From positions 79,236,001-79,300,000 of the forward strand of contig NC_043001.1 in the NCBI RefSeq assembly GCF_006345805.1: a stretch of 64,000 bases of DNA. Direction: 5' to 3'. Positions within the stretch are counted from its first letter, which is position 1. Each line of letters starts with the position of its first letter. Shown here one piece after another: positions 1-14,320 of the stretch. This DNA comes from Octopus sinensis (taxonomy: Eukaryota). Both the position numbers and the translations under genes were made by a program. A model generated the notes under the pieces. It did no database searches and was not told where the DNA came from. It worked only from the letters and a program-made list of their open reading frames with translations.

Positions 1-140
1 AAGCAGGATCCATTAATTATGAATTTATTCAACATATTGCCCTCCCAGATTCACACACTTATCGAAGCGGTCCTTCACTTTTTCTAAGACCTGTAAATAA
101 ACTCGGAAACTTGGGCCTACAACCTGGTCTTTCGCGATAC
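1..140 (-). mobile_element. Mariner transposase 3' end fragment (truncated by window edge)
   Basis: Minus-strand translation ...GLEKVKDRFDKCVNLGGQYVE* matches the mariner C-terminal motif (L..RW.KCV...G.YVE). Confidence 0.7.
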
Positions 141-613
141 CCTTTTCATCACCACTTCTATATCACACACACACACTATCACACATAGACACACACACAC
201 ACAAACACACGCACACACACACATATATATGCATAAATATATATATCATCATCGAATCGTTCACTTTTGTGAACCAGAAAATACAATGCAAGCTGACGTA
301 AATTGCAGGGTACACACTGCCTTCTATCATGTGGAGTTGTCAATCAATGAATTCCAATTTGCTACTAGCGTATATATTCCCTTCAGATGAACTGCCTCAA
401 GGTGGACGTAATATTCTCCCAAAGGGGGCATTTAAACATTTCTTTTAGGTTCTTTTGAATCCGTTTGTCTAAGGACGTTCATCGGCCACGCAAATTTAAG
501 TGAAGTACAGATATATACAAGTGTTTTTACATATGCAAAGCACTAAATCTTCTGTAAAACTTTCTTTTCGTTGTTCCTTTTCTGTACATGAATGTGCGTG
601 TTTGTGTTTCGTA

Positions 614-660
<47 letters not shown>

Positions 661-964
661 ATAAAACGTAAGAAGCAAAGAAAGAAAGAGACCCAATATT
701 ATGTAAATAGAGGAAATAGCCAGATAACCGAAGAGATGGTGTTGTGGATTTCCACTTCGGCATCTGAAATCAGGTTTTATCTTGAATACTGAGTAATGTA
801 CATATTGTATAGATATATATTATAAATATATATATATATATATATATTTACTGGTTGTGCCCCAGAATAACACAGGCATAGAGCTGAAACATATAAAAGA
901 AATATGTGTGTGTGCTGTTTGTGGTGTGTGTGTGTGTATCCTGTGTGTTATATATATATATTAC

Positions 965-1001
<37 letters not shown>

Positions 1002-1208
1002 ATACATATGTATACACACACACACATATATATATACTATAAATGTAGAAGGAAATATCTATATTATAATACAATACATGTTTATATATATATATATATA
1101 TACATACACACACAAAGATCTAAATATAGATATTTGGTGTGCGGTAATAATATATATATATATATGGAGAGAGAGATAAAAGACACAGAAACAGACAGAC
1201 TGAGATAA

Positions 1209-1228
1209 AATAGATAGATAGATAGAGT

Positions 1229-1294
<66 letters not shown>

Positions 1295-1310
1295 GATAGA
1301 TAGAGAGATA
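1209..1310 (+). repeat. (GATA)n microsatellite, representative of dozens of (TA)n, (CA)n, (GA)n and (GATA)n tracts across the window
   Basis: Direct reading of the sequence. Confidence 0.95.
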
Positions 1311-2366
1311 GAGAGCGGGGGAGAATGAGCGGGAGAGAGTACGTCGTAGGTAATTAGAATGTGTCCAACTGAATTTCCGTCTCACGTGATACTTAATGAC
1401 AATTCAAATATAGAAAACACTTAACGTTCGAGTGTCGTGTGTGAAAATGGAAATCAAATATGAGAAACGAAATCATGATGGCGAATACTATTTCATATAG
1501 CTACACAGTAACACATAAGCAGACACAGACACACACAGAACGAAGAGACACATACACAAACGTACAAAGGGAAAGAGAAACAATTGAATGAGTGTAAAGT
1601 GTATATATTTTAATCACTTGCGGGGGAAAAAAGATGCTTTTATGTTTCTTGTGGCTTTGTTTTGAGTGGTTAAAGAGCGAACTGAATTTCATTGAATGAC
1701 AAGCAGACGATATTTCAAATATTCTTTTGATAAGAAAGGAGAAAATTAGGTATGACACTAGAGTTTCTATAGAAAATTTGGCTGGCTGGCTGACTGGCTG
1801 ACTGGCCGATATGCTGGCTGACAGGCTTGCGCTGGCTTGTTGGTTGGCTTGCTGGTAGCTTTATTGTTTGGTTGTCTGGTTGGTTGTTTGGTTCGTAAAA
1901 GGGCTGATTTGAGGACAGTGTTCTTGTCATATTTGCCGTTTGCTTCAATCGTATAAACACACAGGAACACACATACGCACACACACATACTCACACACAC
2001 ACGCACACAGATGCATAAATACGCGCGCACATATACAGGCACGCACCCACACAAATACACACACGTAGAGTTATATCTACACACACACACATATATATGT
2101 TGTTAAATTTCGTGATGGCAATTTCTTTTTTCAAAGTAAACACGTGTCTTACTGCTCCGCTTAATCCATTCTTGCCATCACGAAACATAACAATATCTGT
2201 TTCAACACACGGTTTCACATCATGAATCTTGCAAGACAAATTCGTAACCCCCATACACACATATACATACATACGTACGTACATACATACATATATACAT
2301 ATATACATATACATACACGCACACACACACACACACACACAGATATATATATATATATATATATAT

Positions 2367-2646
2367 GAATTAATAGAATGAGATGAAAAATCCAAGGCTG
2401 TGAAAGTTTTCAGAACATTTATACAGAGAAGGTCTTACAGCTGTTTCTGGGATATTTTTAGATATCACTTCATCAGAGACGGTGCGAGAAAATATTTCTC
2501 TATAATATCTATTACTTAAACATTTTCTCGCAGCGTCTCTGATGAAGGTGTATATAAAATATCCCGGAAACAGCTGTAAGTCCTTCTCTGTATAAATGTT
2601 CTGCAAACTTTCACAGCCTTAGATTTTTATCTCATTCTGTTAATTC
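2367..2646. mobile_element. Fold-back MITE with ~125-bp imperfect inverted arms
   Basis: GAATTAATAGAATGAGATG...GCGAGAAAAT pairs with ATTTTCTCGC...CTCATTCTGTTAATTC around a ~28-bp spacer; TA-rich flanks on both sides. Confidence 0.8.
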
Positions 2647-3040
2647 TTATATATATGCATGCTAATATACGACCTACATTGGACTCCTCATTCGTATCAT
2701 CATCGAACCTGGAGCTTAACTATAGTCTCTCCATAGCACTTTGTAGAGAGAGGTGCTACAGATATCGCTAACAAGCAATATGAATAACCATTGAACTATC
2801 AAGTAGAAACGTTAGTCTGTGGACATAGTATGACCGTTGTTCAAAGATCGAAGTGTGCGTGTAGGTGATTTCATGCTTATCAATGGGATATCATTACTTT
2901 CGATGCTATCACGAATATCTTAGCGTACATCAGTCTTGTCAATCCACATGGGTCTCATTTATTCCTTCTAGAATGTTACCAGTTGTTAGGGGTTGAAATA
3001 ACTTCAAGGTTTTGAAGAGAAATCCCAGTTTTATTTTAAA

Positions 3041-3320
3041 CTAGTAGTATAGCCCAGCTTGGCTCGAGCTTGTTTTCGTTCCGACCCTTTAGAATTGGAA
3101 TTTTTGTTAAGTAAAAATTTTGCATTATGTAGCTTGTTATTCTCTTTAACCGAACATTTTTGCTGGTTATGACGACACAGCAGTCAAAAAATCGTAAAAA
3201 ATAGAGATTTTCATAGAAAAAAAGCACCTTTTATATGTAAATTTTTGGTATTAACAAGGTCCGATTTGAATTTTTTCTTCTACGGAAGGAAGAGCAAGCC
3301 TTCTTCTATCTTAGCAAATT
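3041..3320 (-). mobile_element. Helitron-like 3' end
   Basis: Minus strand ends with a GC-rich imperfect hairpin (CTCGAGCCAAGCTGGG), then CTATACTA-CTAG|T at 3041-3044. The 5' boundary is uncertain. Confidence 0.45.
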
Positions 3321-4087
3321 AAATATCTGTTTATATTTTACTCTAAAGGCTAAAACCTAAAACTCATTGCTAAGCATTCTTGGGTTTTTTTCTTGTCAAA
3401 TTATTTGGGTTGTCCTAATATCTTTTGTTCACATATGTTTGTCTAAGCTGTGTATAGACACGTAGGGACATTTTTCTATTTATGGAAATGTAGACCTAGT
3501 TGCTAGCGTTTTGTTAATATTTAGTCCTAGAACTAGCTTGATGAAGTAGTTATAAAATAAAAGACAATAGAGTCAAGACTGTTAAACCACCCATTTCGTT
3601 TTGCTTTCATCTAGTTTATTAAGGATTATATTATCCAATGTGTCCTTGGTTTCTTTACGTCAGTAGCACATAAATGAAACGAAATTTGGTTGATGTTTCA
3701 AGCATACAAATAGATAATACAGAAACTTGTTTGTTGTATATATAACCTGCAAGAAATTGTCATTCGTCCTGTTTTCCCACACACACAGACAATTATTTAC
3801 GCGGTAACATTTCTTAGTATTAATATAATTAGACCATCGTTTTCTAACTTTTACATATGCTTTGGCAACAGAAAATCTCCAATTTGGCTATTTGGTGCAT
3901 TTAATGAAGATGCTATCAGGTCGCTGACTCCCCGGTAGTTTATGTTATGTGTGATGCGTGGTTCTGAAATAAATCCCAAATCAAACATTTTTATATCATA
4001 AAATTATATTATAGAATATGATATAGTCTGGCTTGTGTATATGCGTATTATTATTCATGTATGCATATGTTAAAATTTGTAAGTTTC

Positions 4088-4118
<31 letters not shown>

Positions 4119-4488
4119 GTGTTTGAGTGTATGTATATGTTTGTGTGTCCTATATGTATGCAAGTACCTTCGCTTCTGAGTTTCCTAGTTATGATGATAA
4201 TTGCTTGCATAACGTATCTAGCTTAACTCATCTTTTCCCTTCAATTCACTCTGAAATTTGCCTTCTCCTCTTCAATCCATTCCTTTTTTTCTTTTACCTC
4301 TCACTGTTATTTCCTACTATTTCTTGTTCACATAAGAAATTCACGTGGCTCTGCGTTCCTTAGTTGCAATCATTCTTTTTTTTAACTTACAGGATGTACA
4401 AACTACTGTTCCCATTTATTTCTCATTCAACATTTCCAGGAAAAAGGAGACGTTGGATTTTCTACTACACACAGCAAGTTCACAATAT

Positions 4489-4533
<45 letters not shown>

Positions 4534-6954
4534 ATTAGAATGAAAAGATAGCTTATACTATATATTAGCCTAGCCAAGCAATGCCTCTGATAAAATGGCT
4601 GATTCGGTTGTCAACTGCTTTTTCATCGGTTCACCTTCTGTCAAATACGTTGTACTCTGGTCTTGATACAAAGACTTACTCCCAAATATATCATACCTAA
4701 AGAAACAACACTACGTTTTCATATAATGTTATAATTTCATGCAGTACCACTGAAATAATTGATGGCTATTTCATTAGCTTGCACTTTTAAAACTTTCGTG
4801 GATATAACGTCGAAATATTGTGATAGTCACAGCGAAAATGACTTGCCGTAAATATCATACAAAGTAAACACATCTTCTGTAGTGACTGTATACGACTCAG
4901 TGTTATAAAACCTAACGTTATTATAACTATTATGGTTCCTATTTTCAATATCGTTTCAACATACCTGGATATATAATTCAATGGATTTATTTTATATCAT
5001 ACATTCTATACTCTTGGACAGGTAATATTTTGCTGACATTTCGAAACAGCTCTTGATAATATAAGTTACACTTTTCATAAATGACATTTATTATACCACA
5101 CTGCCTCAAAGGTATGTTTGTCTCCTTTCTTTATAAACTATTTTGGCAGCAGTTCCCAGTACTCTGTAACGGAAATAAGTCAATCTTTCAAGTTACGAAG
5201 TCACATTAACGGTTAGCAGTAGTCTTCAATAAGCTGGCATCTTTATCCAAAATATCAATGTTTTCGGAGTATGCATCCATGTATAACATTTTATAGATAT
5301 GCAGAAAATTTTTCTTTTTTGCTTTCTCATCCACCTATACAATTTATAGAGATTGCTTTTGCAGACATAAGATTGTATTAGATATACGCTATCCTTTAAA
5401 GTAGAAATTTCTTTTTCTCGTTTACTTGATACCGAATTGCTACATGTAACAAAGTTACGAACCAATCGCATAATCTAATGTGCTGCAAAAATTAAAACAT
5501 ATACCCAAGCGATATCACTCTTTGAAAACCAGCCACCTAAAACATCATTTTCATTTCTTTTTACCATTTCCATTAATATTATGACATTCATTTACGCTTG
5601 AGTGAAGATTGGTTGTAAAAGCTGGAATTTATCAGGAATATATCAGGATATAATCTGCTTTATAAAACATTGGATGTATCCAAGTTTAAAGCAGCGATAT
5701 TCCTTCGCCTGTATTCTTGCTCTTTTCACACGCATATTTTGGGAGGGAATTCAATATAAAGAATACCAGAAGTGTAATAGGGCTTACGGAAATTTAATCT
5801 TTTCACGTGATAAAAGTTTTCATCTGAGAAGCAAAAACAGTAGTAACTTTCTGTTAAATGACTTGTAGAGGATAATACATTCTTTGCATAAATTTTGTGT
5901 GGGTCTTATACGTTGTACATATAAAGCTCGATTTATTCCAAGTATATATATACCTAAAAGTTGATACCTACCCATTTATAAGCCACTGCATACGTGAATA
6001 CATATATAAATACACATGTATACTTAGACACAATCACATTCATATATGTATGTTTAACTTGTGTGTGTTGAAATAAAGGGTATGAGAAGTTTTGGCATCG
6101 CTGTGTCATCACAGCCCATACGGCGTAACTGATTAGACATTGACTTATTTCACATCAGATACTTTAATATTTCTTTCGTTCTCTCTCTGTCTATCTTTCT
6201 CTTTCTCTCTCTCCTTCTTTCTGTCTTTCTCTCTCTCGCGCGCTTTCTTTATGCTTATGTCTGTGAGCATTTATTTATATTTCTACGTATACATAATATA
6301 TCTCGCTCTCACTATGTGTAGGAATACATTTCCGAATGCGCGTTCGTGTGCGTGTGGTTACCTCCCGTGGCAACACGCACTAAAAACATAACAGGAGGAA
6401 TATGCAGTTCGTCATGCCGAAAAGTCAGCATCCAAAAAGCCTTGTTCAGTCGCCTCAATATACATGTGTCTGCATTTGCGTGTTGGGTTGGTGGACGTCG
6501 GATCTATGCCGTGCATCGGTGAGGATTCAGTTCTCAGAACAGCTGAATATCCAACTCCTGAATAAACGAGGAAATAAGAACTTCCAAAAGTTCTTAGAAT
6601 AAGCGTGACACAGAGGGCCACATGCATATAGCATCCTAATTAAAGTTACAAAGAGAACCAGTATAAAACTAGTATTAAAGTCTATAGGGCTCTATACTGC
6701 TGCCATCAACCCGGTGTCCTTCACAAAATATATGGGTAAACCATTAGCTATGTACAATGGTATTTGCTCAAGGTTGTGGATAGTGAAGTCGAGGCCGGCA
6801 CTTTCTGCTTGCAATTGAATTTTTAAACAGACGGCTATAAAAAAATTCTATTGCCTGTGCGTGGGTACATACAGAGAGACGGGGACGGGGACACAAACAC
6901 GGACACACGCACTCACGCACACGCACGCACACACGCACACACAGGCACACTTGG

Positions 6955-7034
6955 ATGAATGACTTGTCTTATAGCTCCGGGTAGACCAATGCCCTATAAG
7001 TATCTGTTGTAGATAGAAACTGTGTGAAACAGTC

Positions 7035-7069
<35 letters not shown>

Positions 7070-7154
7070 TATATATATGTATATATATACATATATATAT
7101 GTGTATATGTATATATATATATTATATATATATATATAATATATATATATATAC

Positions 7155-7216
<62 letters not shown>

Positions 7217-7365
7217 ATATGACGGGCTTCCACACAGATTCCGCCTACAAAAGCAACTCAGAAGGTATTGGCCCACCCGGTGATACGCAAGAAGTCACTA
7301 ATCCAAGGCGCTACGCGGTGTGAATGTACCAGACAGCACGTGGTTACAAAACAAAATTCTAGCCG
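6955..7365. mobile_element. Two SINE family A fragments in opposite orientation (6955-7045 +, 7220-7365 -) sharing one (TA)n tract
   Basis: Both resemble the family A body (...ACTATAGC..CGGGCCGACCAA...GGTAGACGGAAAC...AAGCCCGTCGTATATA). Confidence 0.6.
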
Positions 7366-7617
7366 TCACCGTCATGATTCAAAGACATTGGTATATCGCA
7401 TCAGTGTTAATTTTGCGAATTGGTGTCTTTGTTTAATCTCATACTTTCCGACTCAGACGTGAGATGGAAGTTTGGAGAAAGTACTGAATGAATATTGATG
7501 ACGCCATGTAAAATAAATCATCAATTATAAAGTATGAATTCACTTCTGTCAACAATTACTTTATTGGTATTTTCTAATATTTCATCTGCCACCTGCTCTA
7601 TTTGGGAGTATATATAT

Positions 7618-7681
<64 letters not shown>

Positions 7682-8303
7682 CATACCCATACATATATAT
7701 ATATATAAGTATGTATATATATATATATATATATAATATATATATATATATGTATATATGTGTGTATATATACAAGTATATATGTATATATATATATATA
7801 TATACATATATTGAGAAAAAAATCGACAGAATTTGAGAAAAATATCCTTTCGTTTCTTCATTATTATTAGCGCTTTCGTTCCTCTGTAGAACTATTCAAA
7901 TACAATTTTTGTGAATTTACAGACAGCTTGTTCATTTATATAAAACTGATGTGTTTTTTTTTTTGGCGGGGGCGCTGTCTAGAAGAGAATATTGTTTGTT
8001 TTGGCGGGGGTGGGCGGTCCAAGACAATGGAGATGGATAGAAATATAGGTAGGTAGATAGGCTGATAGGTAGACAGATAGGCAGATAGACAGAGAGATAG
8101 AGGGTTAAAGAGAGAGAAGGGATATCCACCTTCCTATTCACCATTTATTTAATTATTCTTTCTTTTCACCATTGTATTGGAATGCGTTTAATGAAGAAAT
8201 AAAAAGATTTTTTTCCAAAATTCTGACGCCTTTTTTTCTCATTATTCAATTCTGTACATCACATCACACTTAACACTCTTTATATATATATATACATATA
8301 TAT

Positions 8304-8367
<64 letters not shown>

Positions 8368-8524
8368 TGTATATATATATTTATATATCCATATACATAC
8401 ATATGTATATAATATATTTATATATATATGTATATATATTTATACCCACACGCACACGTATATATATATAATATATATATATATAATATATATATATATA
8501 TATACATACACATGCATATATGAG

Positions 8525-8675
8525 GGACTTTGTGATAAGTAGCTTGCTTGCCAACCACATGGTTCCGTGATCAGACCCACTGTGTAACACCTTGGGCAAG
8601 TATATTCTACTATAGTCTCGGGCCGACCAAAGTCTTGTGATAGGATTTGGTAGATGGAGACTGGAGGAAGCCCGT

Positions 8676-8690
<15 letters not shown>
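8525..8690 (+). mobile_element. tRNA-derived SINE family A (CORE-like body), 5' half
   Basis: GCTTGCTTGCCAACCACATGGTTCC...CACCTTGGGCAAG..TTCTACTATAG..TCGGGCCGACCAAAG, recurring many times in the window. Confidence 0.8.
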
Positions 8691-8711
<21 letters not shown>

Positions 8712-8869
8712 AATATATTTACGCACACCCTGTTTCTCTTCGTTTGCTTTCCCACACATCTAGATACGTATCTTGAGAAAGTTACGTATTAAATATGCAA
8801 TTATATAATTATTTACAATCGGTCTATTAACAAGATGGTTTCCTTCACTTATTAAAAACATTGTTGTTT

Positions 8870-9240
8870 TGGTTCCGGTTCCGGTTCCTCTACTGTTCAT
8901 TGGCTTCAGCCTGAGGCTCATTGAATTCAGCCTGAGGTTACCGCCTGTAGCATTAATTCGAACACCACCTCTAGCATTCTTGCTTGTATATTTTCCGGAC
9001 TTGTCGCCACAATCGATCGACGTGAAGAAGTGAGTTGGACAGATCGGCTCTTTTTAATGTCTCTTGGCGCGGTATGAGTTCATCTGGTATATCAGATAGC
9101 AATTTATCTAACTATTCATTGAACACCCCCACATCTAATCCTTGTAAATCTCTGAGGTGTTTTGTTTTTTGTCAAGGAACTGAAAGGCTGAGGGATTTTG
9201 AGCAGTTAAATGGATCGTTACACCTGGCAGAGGGAGCATT
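8870..9240 (-). mobile_element. CR1/L2-type LINE 3' end
   Basis: Minus translation ...HLRDLQGLDVGVFNE*LDKLLSDIPDE..RQE..KRA..SNSLL is homologous to the C-terminus at 46388-46520; (GGAACC)3 tail near 8872-8889. Confidence 0.7.
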
Positions 9241-9321
9241 TTTTCTTTTTTTTGGTACTATGCAATGGAACCAAGTCCGGTGATTGGTTGAGCTTTCAGT
9301 CCTAAAGTAGTGTGCTAGGGT

Positions 9322-9708
9322 GGAAGCGCAATGGCCCAGTGGTTAGGGCAGCGGACTCGCGGTCGTAGGATCGTGGTTTCGATTCCCAGATCGGGCGTTG
9401 TGAGTGTTTATTGAGCGAAAACACCTAATGCTCCATGAGGCTCCGGCAGGGGATGGTGGTGATCCCTGCTGTACTCTTTCACCACAACTTTCTCTCACTC
9501 TTACTTCCTGTTTCTGTTGTACCTGTATTTCAAGGGGCCGGCCTTGTCACTCTCTGTGTCACGCTGAATATCCCCGAGAACTACGTTAAGGGTACACGTG
9601 TTTGTGGAGTGCTCAGCCACTTACACGTTAATTTCACGAGCAGGCTGTTCCGTTGGTCGGATCAACCGGAACCCTCGTCGTCAGAACCGACGGAGTGCTT
9701 CCATCCAG
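9322..9708 (+). mobile_element. tRNA-derived SINE family B, tail type 1
   Basis: A box TGGCCCAGTGG and B box GGTTTCGATTCC; the first ~190 nt are near-identical to the copies at 10580-10773 and 24190-24378. Confidence 0.85.
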
Positions 9709-10469
9709 TGTGCTAGATTTTCCAGGATGTTAGACACACAGACACATACGCACGCACATACACACACACACACACACGCACACACACATATATATACAGA
9801 CACACACTTACGCATACACACATACAAATACAGACACTCACACATACAGTCACTTCCAGCATCTTCCAGTTGTCCATATATTGCTCTAAAGCAATCCTTT
9901 TTTTCTTCTGATCGCTTCGAGTTTCGCAGTTAATTTTATGTTTGTGTCGCTTTAATTGAGAATAGTATGCCAGACGACTGCAAACGAACGTTGTCCATGG
10001 GAGTAACAATGTTCAATTCTTCCATTTTCTGAACGATTTAAGAAACACACCAATTAGTTAGTTTATGTGAATGGTGATTTTTTTGTCAAGTGAATAAAGC
10101 AGTTAATATTTCTATTATACTATTGCTTGCGAAGACTGCTGGAAAGAATTAAGTATGTCTGGGACGAAATAATCGTGTGTAATGGTTGAATAGAATTTCA
10201 GTTTTGTATAATTGTGTTGTAATAGAATGAAAGAGGTAGTGAAACACAACTAGATTACTCAGAAGAGCAGAGGCCATTACATATCTATAGAAAAGACACA
10301 TGTGGCAGAGAAGGTAAAGTGGGTTTTTTTGAGAGACATATAGGGGTCGGTAGATTAATCTTCCGGAAGATACAGTTCTTGTATATGTGTGCATGGTGCA
10401 TATATATGTGATGAATGTGTGGGTACGTACGCTATGTCTATGGTGTGTATGTATGTACATGTAGTATTT

Positions 10470-10773
10470 TTATGCGCCCTTATCAAGCCTAACCAGGCTA
10501 ATGGGCCCGGTTTCCCGGTTTGTATGGCGTATGTTTTCTCCCCAGCTGGACGGGATGCCAGTCCATCGCAGCGTTACCCAAGAAACAGGAAGAAAGAGTG
10601 AGAGAAAGTTGGGACGAAAGAGTACAACAGGGGTCGCCGCCACCCCTTGCCGGAGCCTCGTGGAGCTTTAGATGTTTTCGCTCAATAAACACACACAACG
10701 CCCGGTCTGGGAATCAAAACCGCGATACTCCGACCTCGACCCCGCTGCCCTAACTACTGGGCCATTGCACCTC
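10470..10773 (-). mobile_element. tRNA-derived SINE family B, tail type 2
   Basis: Same head and body as 9322; the tail contains GCGATGGACTGGCATCCCGTCCAG. Confidence 0.85.
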
Positions 10774-11588
10774 ATGTGCATGTAGTATATATGCATAATC
10801 TGTGCTTGGTGTGTGTGTGTGTGTGTGTGGTGTATGTGAAAGTATGTCTGCCTGTGTATATGCGTGTGTGACAAAGTGTGTGTTTTGGTGTGTATCGGAA
10901 GCATCGATTCTCATTTGGGCGTACGATTGCATTGAGTGATTCAGGTGAGCTTAATGCTGGAAATTCGTTATGGAGGATTGAACCAGTTTCTGGCTGTGAG
11001 AATTTACGTTAAATTTTACGACACAGCCAATGGTGCAAGTGTAAAACATTTTGTACAACAGCATCTATTGAGTGTTTCGCCGTTAAAAATTGTAAAGAAT
11101 ATATTCCTTTACGTTTGTCTCTTTATCAAAATGTACATGGTGCGTAAGCAACTCTCCATTGCGAAATTTCATTTGGTTATTATATTCATTTACCCACACT
11201 CCCAATATTTTAATATTTATAATGAATTATGATGGAAATACTGATTATGATAATCAAGCTCCTGCCGCTACTGCTGCTGCTTATGTTGATGATGACGATG
11301 ATAATGCATAATAAGAAATTACACTCTACGTATGTATTTATGTATGTATAAATATATATGTAGCTGTCAACTATATTTCAATCTAGTTACTTATATTTCT
11401 ATATTTCTCTGTGCACACGTATACGCGCGCGCGATTATGTGTGTATGCATGTACATATGTGCCGTTTCTTTTTCCTCAGGGAAAATTCATGCTGAATACC
11501 GCATTCAATGGTCGGTACATATTTCATTTAAGTTTGTTTGCCAGTATTGTCACTAGACAGGCACAGCACAAACTTTCTCTCTCTCTCC

Positions 11589-11627
<39 letters not shown>

Positions 11628-11658
11628 GATAGTAACATAGTTATTTCCACATACAAGG

Positions 11659-11704
<46 letters not shown>

Positions 11705-11709
<5 letters not shown>

Positions 11710-12070
11710 TTATTAGTGAATGGAAGAAATGGAGTTGAACGAAGATTGTACAGAATTCCTTTTATTACATTCTACACATGTTTCAAAGGCCACAAATTTC
11801 CAAATTCTGATTAAATAAGGGTACCATATTGTGGCTTTCTCTTCAGGAAAAAACAGGAATTCCGTTGACAGAACAAAACAAAACAGAGGCGCAGCAATTC
11901 GAACGAGGACGCTCCTTAAGAGCCCATGGCTGAACTGTTTATCAATGTACGTTGAAATCGGGGATTTGGTGCGTTGAAGATATCTACAGGTCAGGCGGCG
12001 GTCAGATCTAGTAGGTGAAAGCAAGGGGTGTGGAGATGTTCTGTGTGACCAACACTAATGTTCTGAATAA
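11705..12070 (-). mobile_element. Penelope-like pseudo-LTR remnant
   Basis: Contains a hammerhead core; the 3' tail (AATAAAAGGAATT...CTCCATT) is shared with the pLTR at 22725-22900. Confidence 0.55.
11770..11850 (-). ncRNA. Degenerate minimal type I hammerhead ribozyme
   Basis: ttc-CTGAAGA-gaaagccacaa...ttgtggccttt-GAAA-C-ATGT-GTA-gaa; stem I is only 3 bp and stem II has a mismatch. Confidence 0.55.
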
Positions 12071-12273
12071 TTTAAGAATACTGGGTGTATTTTTGGGGGC
12101 AAGACAAAAAACTACCTAAAAGCATGTATGTGTATACTGGCCTATGTGTGCGCGGCCGTGTGCTGGCGAGGGGGGCTACACAATGTTTTTTTCTGCTGTG
12201 ATTTTTGCTACCAGGTATCGGTTAACCTTTTGAATAATCTGTAACAAGAAAATTCATCTTTCTATTTCAACAA

Positions 12274-12347
<74 letters not shown>

Positions 12348-12384
12348 TGCATATATGTATATATATGTATATATACCTAATCTA

Positions 12385-12461
<77 letters not shown>

Positions 12462-12488
12462 ATATATATATATATAATATATATATAT

Positions 12489-13570
12489 ATACTACATATG
12501 TGTAAAATCGGTCTGTGTTTTTACGTGATGTTGTTCGCTAACTCCTACATCGCTTTATTGATTTTGATTAAACTGGACTCGTGAGTAGAACTCATGTCTC
12601 GAAACCTCGTGACATGCTTAGATTGTTGAAAAAAAAACGAGAATACGGCCCCTGGAATGGATCATTATATCTACCTCATATAGATAATTTTTTGAAACAC
12701 ACAAGATAAATAACCCATACCTCCTGTACAATACTTTTTTAAACACTCACTTGGAATAACCCATTCCGTTGTTTATGTTTAATTACTTCGAATATTGATT
12801 TTTTGTGTGACTAATTTCTAATTTTTGCGGACAATATCACTTTATTTGACACGTGAGTAGAACCCCAGTAGACTGGAAACCTCGTGACATACTTAGATTG
12901 TTGAAATGAAATTCGATAATAGGGGCCTTCCAATGGATCCTTCTATCTAATAAATATTACTGACATTTTATTTTAACAACCCAAGGTAAATAGCCCATGC
13001 CACTTGCAGGTTTTAGCGAATCAATCAGTATTTGATTCTCCTTATCAACCGACCTAATTCTGCATTTCACTACTCAGTTTTCAACTGCTAAACATTATTA
13101 TTGCATTTCCTTAGTTTGAATCTTAAACCTTAAAGACTTCATTCATACATTTCTATAAACACTTACTCTTTTGACTGCTCATTATTCCGATAATTCTGCA
13201 TTTTTACAGTTATATTTTATCTATGACAGTAGATAATTTTTTTATATTCCACAAAGTATTTGTAGTGGCTTCATGCAGACATAGCGTGCATTCGATCCTC
13301 GATTGCCAAATTTCACTTAACACTTCAACTCATATACTTATATAATCTCTCTCACCAGCCTCCGAGAATCTTTCTCGCCAACTTCCGAAAACCTCTCTCG
13401 CCATCCTCAAAAAATCTCTCACTCCTCCAGCTGATATTTTTTTGGCACTTTTCGTGACGGAAAATACACGTTTTGTGGCAGTTATAGTGAAATTGCTTTC
13501 TTATATCAGAGTAATAAGGCGTTTCAATAGAACATCTTCACCCCCGGGAATTACCGGGTACATCAGCTAG
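12489..13570 (+). mobile_element. Non-autonomous Helitron
   Basis: Lep1/DINE-like 5' end (ATACTACATATGTGTAAAATCGGTCTGTG...GATTTTGATTAAACT); 3' hairpin CCCGG-gaatta-CCGGG (13543-13558), 8 nt, then CTAG (13567-13570) followed by T. Confidence 0.75.
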
Positions 13571-13578
13571 TATATATA

Positions 13579-14320
<742 letters not shown>

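Noticed and set aside
9322-9400. tRNA gene
   Set aside because: A and B boxes are present, but the sequence continues into a multi-copy SINE body and no canonical cloverleaf is evident. The same applies at 10700-10773 and 24190-24265.
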